Source: Guillardia theta CCMP2712 (Eukaryota; Protista; Cryptophyta). From it: 64,000 nt of DNA. The position numbers and the translations under genes were made by a program. Position 1 is the first letter of the stretch. Every line of letters begins with the position of its first letter. The notes below the pieces were generated by a model. That model ran no database searches, had not been told where the DNA came from, and worked only from the letters and a program-made list of their open reading frames with translations. The DNA is taken from positions 32,703 to 96,702 of the forward strand of contig NW_005434522.1 of NCBI RefSeq assembly GCF_000315625.1. Direction: 5' to 3'. This document shows, one piece after another, positions 56,101 through 64,000 of this stretch.

Positions 56101-57200
56101 TTCACTCCTCCCTCCTCCCTCCTGCTCTTCACTCCTCCCTCCTCCCTCCTCCTAACTCTTCCTAAGGTCTGCAGTGGCTCCTCCCCTGCATCTCGAGATC
56201 TTCAAGTCATCGCAGATCATTTGCAGACTTCTCCTCTCCCGTCACGATGTCTGATCCCAACCCCTCCAAGGTCTCCCTCCTCCTCCCTCCTCCTCCTCCC
56301 CCTCCTCCTCCTCCTCCTCCCCCTCCTCCTTCCCCTCCTCCTCCTCTTCCTCTCCTCACTTATCTCACTGTCTTCCCCACCTTTCTCTCCTCTATCATCT
56401 TTCTCCGTTTCCCTCCGCCGCCTCTCTTACCTCTTGTTACTTGCTCTCTCCTTGCGTCCTTGACTTGTCTCAACTCAGAGGCCCTCCGCCTCCTCATGTT
56501 AAGCCAGTCGTCCTACCACTCAACAGCCCCCGCCCCAAGGTACTCCATCCCTCCTCTTCTCTCCTCCCCTTTCCTCCCCTTCCCTCTTCTTTCTTCTCCT
56601 CTTTCTCGCCTCCCATCTCATCACCTCTCCTCGCCTCTTCTCTCTCTTCCTCCTCTCCCTCTCCTCTGTTTTCCTCTGCTTGCTTCACCGTGCTTGCTTC
56701 ATGTCATTCCGCTGTATCTCTCCATCATTTCTCGTCTTGGTTCTCTCTTGCTCTCCTGATGATACACACAGATCGTCGTATATGTGAAGGGGAGGTAAGC
56801 AAGGAGGAGGAGGAGGAGGAGGAGGAGGAGGAGGAGGAGGAGAATTTGGGGAAGAGAAGCATCGCTGACGACGATGCAGGTGCGAATGGCTGGGGAGAAA
56901 GCGAAGGATGGGGAAGGAGAGGAGAGGGAACATGACGAGAACAGGGATAAGGCTGTGAAAGGGCCTGAGGCAGCGAAGAAGGAAATCCCCGAGGAGCTCG
57001 GAAGGGTGAATCTGCTCCGACAATTTGACGAAGCGATGGAGGGAGAGGAGAGGGAGGAAGAGGAGGAAGAGGAGAAGCGGGTGGAGCAGGGGTACAAGGA
57101 GGAGAAGGAGGAGGAGGAGGAGGAGGAGGAGGAGAGTCATACTCCTGAGGAGCTCGCCAGCTCACGTGACACGGCAAGACGGGAGAAAATTCACCTATGA
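53145..57200 (+). CDS. Ankyrin-repeat protein with coiled-coil N-terminus and long acidic low-complexity C-terminus
   Basis: LFSRARHGRYKEVEALLDSGLSPDLRDEFGNTVLIIAAQNGNKRITKICLRRGANINAQNFRGQTSLHYCYAFGYMELGSYLESKGANPKIRNEFGLDCYEG. The extension from about 54930 to 57200 is inferred from splice phases. Confidence 0.8.
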
Positions 57201-57423
57201 TTCAAACCCTTCCCTTCCTGCTCCTCCCTCCCTCTGCTCCCTCCATCTCTCCCTCCTCCCCTCCCTCTGTTCCCTCCATCTTTCCCTCCTCCCCTCCCTC
57301 TGTTCCCTCCATCTCTCCCTCCTCCCCTCCCTCCGCGTCTTCCGTTATCCTCATCTCGTCTATCCGGTTGTTTATGTTGCATGTCATGTCATGTTTGTAT
57401 ATAAAGTTAGCAGAGCCGGCAAC

Positions 57424-57890
57424 TCACTTGAGGGCTGTGCGAGCAGACGAGGCAGCGAAAAGGAAGGCGAAGCCCGAGAGAAGATAAGCGAGAGAGACGA
57501 CGATGGCGATGGAGATGCCTGAGATGAGAGAGGCAGGAAGAGGAGCAGGAGGAAGGGCGGGAAGAGGTGGAGGTGGAGGAGGAGGGGCGGGAAGAGGTGG
57601 TGGAGGAGGAGGAGGGGCGGGAGGAGGAGGAGGGAGTCAGTCAGCGAGAGAGGCGAGCAGGGAGAGGCACCGAGATCAAGACGCGAGGAGAGAAACCCGA
57701 TGAGCACCGGCGTCAAGTTGCCGACGAGGGTGAGCATGGAGAACATGCCCTGCGATACCCCGCGAACACTGACGAGCAAGAGACTTCACAGGAAGGAAGC
57801 AGCTGAAGCGGTCCAGGGAGCAGAGAGCAGAGAAGGAATTAAGAGCAGGGCAGGGGCGAGGGGGGCGAGGGAGGAGGAGGAGGACGACGA

Positions 57891-57930
<40 letters not shown>

Positions 57931-60326
57931 GACGAGGAANNNNNNNNNNNNNNNNNNNNNNNNNNNNNNNNNNNNNNNNNNNNNNNNNNNNNNNNNNNNN
58001 NNNNNNNNNNNNNNNNNNNNNNNNNNNNNNNNNNNNNNNAGAAGGCAACGAGATGGTTTCCAGCACGAGGATGGAGTCGAATTGTTTGCCTACCAACAAC
58101 CTGCGACTCTTGTCGCTCTTCGCTACCCTGCACATGATTTAGCAACTTCTATTCCTCCTCTCCTGCTGCTCTGCCTGTCTGCGATGAGCCCTCCTGCAAT
58201 CGAGGAAGCACACCCTCCTGTCGTGATGATCATTCCTCCCCTCCTCTCCTGCCGCCTCTCCCTCCCCTCACTCAGCACTCAATCTCCTCCCTCCCCTTCC
58301 TCCCTCTCTCCCCTCCCCTCCCTCCCTCGCTCCCTCGCTCCCTCGCTCCCTCGCTCCCTCGCTCCCTCTCTCTCTCCCCCTCCTTATCTTACCGATAGAG
58401 ATTATCAAGGCATTGATGGCAGCGAACTCAGCCTGCAGACTTCACATCATCTCCTCTTCTCCCTCCCCTCCCCTTCTCCCTCCTCGCTCTCATTCACCTG
58501 ATAGGAGGAGAACTTGGCTCGCAGGAATGGAGCGCACCAGACGCCAATGCCGAAGCCCGCGGCGAATCTCAGAGCAGAGGCTGAGGAGAGTGAGAGAGGA
58601 CAGAGAACAACGAGAGCAAGCGAAGACTGGCGACAGAACCAGCTAAAGGCATCCAGTGGTGAAGATAAAGGAACAGAAGGAACGAGAACGAGCAGGGAGG
58701 AGGAGGAGGAGGAGGAGGAGGAGGAGGAGGAGGAGGAGGAGGAGGAGGAGGACGAGGAGGAGGACGAGGAGGAGGACGAGGAGGAGGAGGGGGGGAAGAG
58801 GAGGACCTGATAGTAGCATGATCACTCCTGGGGAGTTGAGGACGGTGGCTGCTGATTTCATCGCGCTCGAGAGACTCTCGGAGGAGCTGAGGGGTTCAAG
58901 AGGTTTGCGAGATTCTCTGACAAGCCACGTGACCACTCTGACAAGCCACGTGACCACTCGTTCTCTCCTCCTCGTGACCACTCGTTCTCTCCTCCTCGTG
59001 ACCACTCGTTCTCTCCTCCTCGTGACCACTCGTGCTCTCCTCCTCTTTCTCTTGCCCTTCATCCTCACCGTACGGAGAAACTAGTCAGAAGTGCGAGAAG
59101 CAGACCAACAATCGCCAAGCTGGTGAAGGAAAGCCTGCGAAGACATGCCATTGAGAGTGGGAGAGAGAGAGAGAGGGGAGAGGGGGAGGGGGAGGGGAGA
59201 GGGGGAGAGGAAGGGGAGAGGGGGAGAGGGGGAGAGGGAGGGGAGAGGGAGGGGAGAGGGAGAGGGAGAGGGAGAGGGAGAGGGAGAGGGAGAGGGAGAG
59301 GGAGAGGGAGAGGGAGAGGAGAGGGGAGAAGGTGAAGTAGTCTTCCTTTCCTCCAGCCCAGATGAGAGTTAACGAACATTGACAACGAGGCCAGAGCTGA
59401 CAGAGGGCACAACGAGGAGAAAAATCAGAAAAGCGAAAGTGAGAGAGGAGGAGGAAGAAGAGAGTGTGTATGAATGGAATGGAATAGAATCAAACCCCAA
59501 GAAGAGGAGAGGAAGGGAAATCACCGGCTCCCACATAAACGCCAGAAGTGTAGATGGAAATCGCGGTGGAGAGAGAAGAGGGAGGAAATCTATCCGTGAG
59601 GAGGGAGAGGCACTGGAAGCAACGAGACGTCAGAGACCGACGACAGGAGCAACCAAGAAGAGGAGGGAGGCGAGGTAGCAGAGCATGCGATGGAGCAGCG
59701 AACATGCAGCGGAGGACGCGGACGAGCATGAGAGGACCTGAGGGCCGGTGAAGGCCATGGCGAGACCTTGCAGGAGCCTTGGGAGAGGATGAGCTCGGAG
59801 CGACGAACAAAGCAAGACGAGAGAGATTCGAGAAGAGGAAGCGAGAGAGAAGCAGGAGCAGGAGCAGGAGCAAGTGCTGCTAATGCAGTTGCTGAACAAT
59901 AATGGGGAGGCGAAAGGAGGGGCAAAGGGAGGGGGGCGAGCAGCTGGAAATGGAGCAGAAGAACCTGCAGGCTAAGACAGAAAGAAAGCCTTGACTCCAC
60001 TGTGCCTGCAAAACCAAATGAGAAAAGAGAAGACAAGAAGAAACGAAGACAAGAAGACAAGACAAGACGACAAGACAAGAAAGGAACGAAGACTAGACAA
60101 CAAGACAAGAAGAAATGAAGACAAGACAACAAGACAAGGCAAGACAAGAAGAAATGAAGAGAAGACGAGTACAAGGCAGGGGCGATGACATACCTGCACG
60201 AGGAGAGCGAAGGACCAGAGGAAGATGGAGACAGAGAGCGTTTTGCCCCGATCAACGGTGTCGGCAACCCTCCCGGCAATCAATGAAGCAAACTGACAAA
60301 TGATGAGGATGAGGAGCAGGAGCAGA

Positions 60327-60381
<55 letters not shown>

Positions 60382-61065
60382 AACAGTCAAGCAGGAAACG
60401 AAGGATGTGAAGTGGATGAGAAAGAGAAGAAGGAACCAGGAGAATGTGAGAAGTTACCGTATAGAGAAGAGTAAATCCGTATGAGGCCAAGAAAGCATAC
60501 TGCTGCGGAGAGAAACCTGCTCGAGGTATGAGGAGGAGAAGGGAGGAGCTAGTTTCACCCAAAGCAACGTTGATGAACTCCCTGTGAAGACAGTCAGAGC
60601 CAGGACGAGAGGAGGGAGAAGAGTAGGAATTCACGGAAACAAAAGACAGGATGGAGCGAGGTGAAGAAAATGCTGACAAATAGGAACAAGGGAAGACGAA
60701 GGAAAATGAAGACGAGTGAGCACAAACATGAATTAATTGAATCAAAGCACAATGATGAGAGCCATTCTCTCCTTCACCTCGTCGCTTCTGCCGAGGGCTG
60801 CACAGCAAAATTCACAGCATACTGAAGCGAGTTGCGAGTCCACCTGTCGAGCCAAGTCAGCTCCTGGAGGGAAATGCAGAATGGGGACGAAAAAAGTTTT
60901 CGGGAAGAGAAAGAGCAGGAGGAGGAGCAGGAGCAGGAGCAGGGGTAGAAGCAGGAGCAGAAGCAGGAGTAGAAGCAGGAGTAGGAGTAGAAGCAGGAGT
61001 AGGAGGAGGGTTTCCGACTGGTTATGAATGTAGACGCTAAAAAGAAGAGCGAGTAACAGCCATCG
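57424..61065 (-). CDS. MFS transporter, Spinster-like; 5' end probably extends to about 61700
   Basis: RWLLLALLFSVYIHNQWTRNSLQY, FSPQQYAFLASYGFTLLYTFASLIAGRVADTVDR (MFS motif A), LQGLAMAFTGP, AISIYTSGVYVGAG, LRFAAGFGIGVW, SSIAGGLIADR, QGMFSMLTLVGNLTPVLIG; interrupted by an N-gap. Confidence 0.88.
57940..58039. other. Assembly gap (100 N)
   Basis: Run of N inside the MFS gene. Confidence 1.
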
Positions 61066-61803
61066 CTGTCAACACGGTAAGAATGACCTCAAGTAGAACT
61101 CAGACCGACGTACCCGCCAGTCGCTTCGCTTTGCTTCCCCTCCTCGTATTCTTTCTGCCGAACAGCGGATGCATGTTCCTCCTCTCACTCTTCTGAGGCT
61201 TGAGCCGGCAGCATGTACCAAGAGCTTCCTGTAGCCACGCAACGAAAGCTCCGTCCTCTCCTCTCGCCATGAGCTTGTCCCCAGACAAGCTCCTTCGGTG
61301 CCCCCGCACGCAACGAACGAGAACATACGCCTACATTAAGTGAGATGTGATCAGACGAAGCAAGCAACGTGAGAGAAGGGAGTAGAAGAGACAGCAGGCA
61401 GCGTGGGCTTGGTCAGCTGATCATTCCCTTTGCTATTCGATCCTCCTCCTATCTCTTGTTTCTATCTCCTGCTTCTCGTCCTCCTCCTCCTCCTGCTCCT
61501 CCTGCTCCTCCTGCTCCTCCTGCTCCTCCTGCTCCTGCTCCTCCAAGAGAACAGAGACCTGTGGTAGTCGTGGGGGAAGGAGATCACAAACTCTCGGGCG
61601 TGCTGAACGGCGCGAGATTGATGATGCCGGCGGAAAGAAAAAGCTAAGGGTGCTTGACGCAGCTCTTGTGCCGCACACACTGACTGCATACTCGAGCTTG
61701 ATCCGGGAAAGATGCTGGAGGCCAAGCGCTCGAGTTTCTCGCCCTCCGAGTGAGGGACTGGCTACCTGCCCTCGACATCAAGAGCAGATGACTGCAAGCA
61801 AAA

Positions 61804-62663
61804 NNNNNNNNNNNNNNNNNNNNNNNNNNNNNNNNNNNNNNNNNNNNNNNNNNNNNNNNNNNNNNNNNNNNNNNNNNNNNNNNNNNNNNNNNNNNNNNNN
61901 NNNNNNNNNNNNNNNNNNNNNNNNNNNNNNNNNNNNNNNNNNNNNNNNNNNNNNNNNNNNNNNNNNNNNNNNNNNNNNNNNNNNNNNNNNNNNNNNNNNN
62001 NNNNNNNNNNNNNNNNNNNNNNNNNNNNNNNNNNNNNNNNNNNNNNNNNNNNNNNNNNNNNNNNNNNNNNNNNNNNNNNNNNNNNNNNNNNNNNNNNNNN
62101 NNNNNNNNNNNNNNNNNNNNNNNNNNNNNNNNNNNNNNNNNNNNNNNNNNNNNNNNNNNNNNNNNNNNNNNNNNNNNNNNNNNNNNNNNNNNNNNNNNNN
62201 NNNNNNNNNNNNNNNNNNNNNNNNNNNNNNNNNNNNNNNNNNNNNNNNNNNNNNNNNNNNNNNNNNNNNNNNNNNNNNNNNNNNNNNNNNNNNNNNNNNN
62301 NNNNNNNNNNNNNNNNNNNNNNNNNNNNNNNNNNNNNNNNNNNNNNNNNNNNNNNNNNNNNNNNNNNNNNNNNNNNNNNNNNNNNNNNNNNNNNNNNNNN
62401 NNNNNNNNNNNNNNNNNNNNNNNNNNNNNNNNNNNNNNNNNNNNNNNNNNNNNNNNNNNNNNNNNNNNNNNNNNNNNNNNNNNNNNNNNNNNNNNNNNNN
62501 NNNNNNNNNNNNNNNNNNNNNNNNNNNNNNNNNNNNNNNNNNNNNNNNNNNNNNNNNNNNNNNNNNNNNNNNNNNNNNNNNNNNNNNNNNNNNNNNNNNN
62601 NNNNNNNNNNNNNNNNNNNNNNNNNNNNNNNNNNNNNNNNNNNNNNNNNNNNNNNNNNNNNNN
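61804..62663. other. Assembly gap (~860 N)
   Basis: Run of N. Confidence 1.
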
Positions 62664-62717
62664 CAGTGAGGAGGAAGAGGAGGAAGTGGCGGAGGAGGAG
62701 GAGGAGGAGGAGGAGGA

Positions 62718-62751
<34 letters not shown>

Positions 62752-62879
62752 GAGGAGGAGCAGCAGCCTGAGGAGGAGGAGGAGGAGCAGGTAGTGGTGG
62801 TGGTGGTGGAAGAGGAGGACTCCGGGAGGGGGAGTCAGGAGACGTGAAGGAGAAGTTTAAAGATTGATCTACAAGGTTA

Positions 62880-63925
62880 TGAATCTACAGCTTCTCTTGC
62901 TGCTTGTGAGAATTCTTCACTCTCATCGTCCAGACCAGCCGATAGACTTCGCTTCTGTTGATCCAGTCAGATCCTCCCCTTCCTCCCGCTCTCCATTCTC
63001 CCGTCTTCTTCTTCTCACCACTTTTTCGCCCTCCGTACTGGCGCAGCGGCAGGCATGAGAGGTGACGCACAGGCGACATTCGGGGGGGGTTCGTCCAGTT
63101 GCCTCCATGACCTGCAGGGCCTCAGCTGGGGCTAGTCATGCTCGAGAGCTTCACCTGCTCCTCTACTGGACTTGTCCAGCCGTCAGAGATTGACGTTCCT
63201 TTCTCCTTGTTGTCAAGCGCCCTGAACATTCGCATCAACCCTCTACTCTCCTCTTTTCTCCCTCTCCTCTCCTCTTTTCTCCCTCTCCTCTCCTCTCCTC
63301 TTTTCTCCCTGTCCTCTCCTCTCCTCTTTTCTCCCTGTCCTCTCCTCTCCTCTTTTCTCCCTGTCCTCTCCTCTCCTCTTTTCTCCCTGTCCTCTCCTCT
63401 CCTCTTGTCTCCCTGTCCTCTCCTTGTGGGGCCTCCTCTTCAGCTCCTTGAATCAACTCTTGTTGAGCTGGTTCTAATATCTCCATTTCAACTCCCTCCC
63501 CTCCCCTCCCCTCCCCTCCCCTCCCTCTCCCCTCCCCTCTCCTCCTCTCGTCTCCTTTCGTCTTCTCACCTCATCCGATACTTTTCAATCAGTAGACTTC
63601 TCTGTTTCTGGTCCAGCGGCGTTGACTCCAGCGACACCTCGTACCTGCTCATACCTGCTTAACCTCGCTCCATCCAAGGAGGACTTCCTCCATCTTTCCT
63701 CCGCACCCCTCTACTCCTCCATGCTCCTCCTTCCTCCCCCCTCCCCCTCCCCCCTCCTTCCACTCACGCTCCATCCTTGGTGAGCGGCTCGATGACCACA
63801 TTCCCAAAGACGTCAGGGGCCTTTCGTCTGCCCTCACCAATATCGGAGCATGCAATCTGATATCAAGCAAGCCGAGAGCATACAATAGACGAGAGGACCT
63901 GGTCAGTTTGAAGAAATTTGAAGAG
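62880..63925 (-). CDS. Exon fragments of a hypothetical gene, probably extending beyond the window
   Basis: Short exon-like segments (YALGLLDIRLHAPILVRADERPLTSLGMW; YEVSLESTPLDQKQRSLLIEKYRM; MFRALDNKEKGTSISDGW) between repeat-filled introns; no complete model. Confidence 0.3.
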
Positions 63926-64000
63926 AGGAGAGAAGGGATGCATAAAGCTGGGGGGGGAGAGGAAGGGACTTATAGGAGAGGGACGAGGAGATTGAGGGAT

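Noticed and set aside
59120-60400. Arg/Gly-, Glu/Gly- and Leu-rich ORFs
   Set aside because: Translations of (GGGAGA)n, (AAGAC)n and (GCAGGA)n intronic repeats within the MFS gene.
61650-62669. 339-aa ORF
   Set aside because: Artefact of translating through the N-gap.

Overview
Eukaryotic nuclear DNA: gene-dense, with very many small (mostly ~40-60 nt) GT-AG spliceosomal introns, some expanded by microsatellites, and three N-gaps. Intron size, donor (GTGAG/GTCAG) and branch (CTGAC/CTCAC) usage, a bipartite plastid-targeting signal and a ciliary gene suggest a cryptophyte such as Guillardia theta (inference, not verified). Most ORF-track entries are exon fragments or repeat-derived. Manual splicing gives about 17 genes: a UBA-domain tRNA pseudouridine synthase, NPHP4, SURF6/RRP14, an intronless sulfotransferase-like/class IV aminotransferase fusion, a plastid-targeted DUF2358 protein, PCH2/TRIP13, an FHA + forkhead-like transcription factor, a bacterial-type GlmS, a PMCA-type Ca2+-ATPase, a TKL kinase, an AsmA/chorein_N-like membrane protein, ATG12, an ankyrin protein, a Spinster-like MFS transporter and several hypothetical proteins. 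Main highlights: (1) an Fkh1/2-FOXK-type FHA-forkhead gene, not recognisable in the ORF track, with a rewired recognition helix, in a probable non-opisthokont; (2) GGGTAGGG(G)T motif clusters and CpG-rich blocks concentrated upstream of gene starts; (3) stem-loops in small introns that pair the donor with the branch-point region. All gene models are hand-spliced, and boundaries marked approximate are uncertain.
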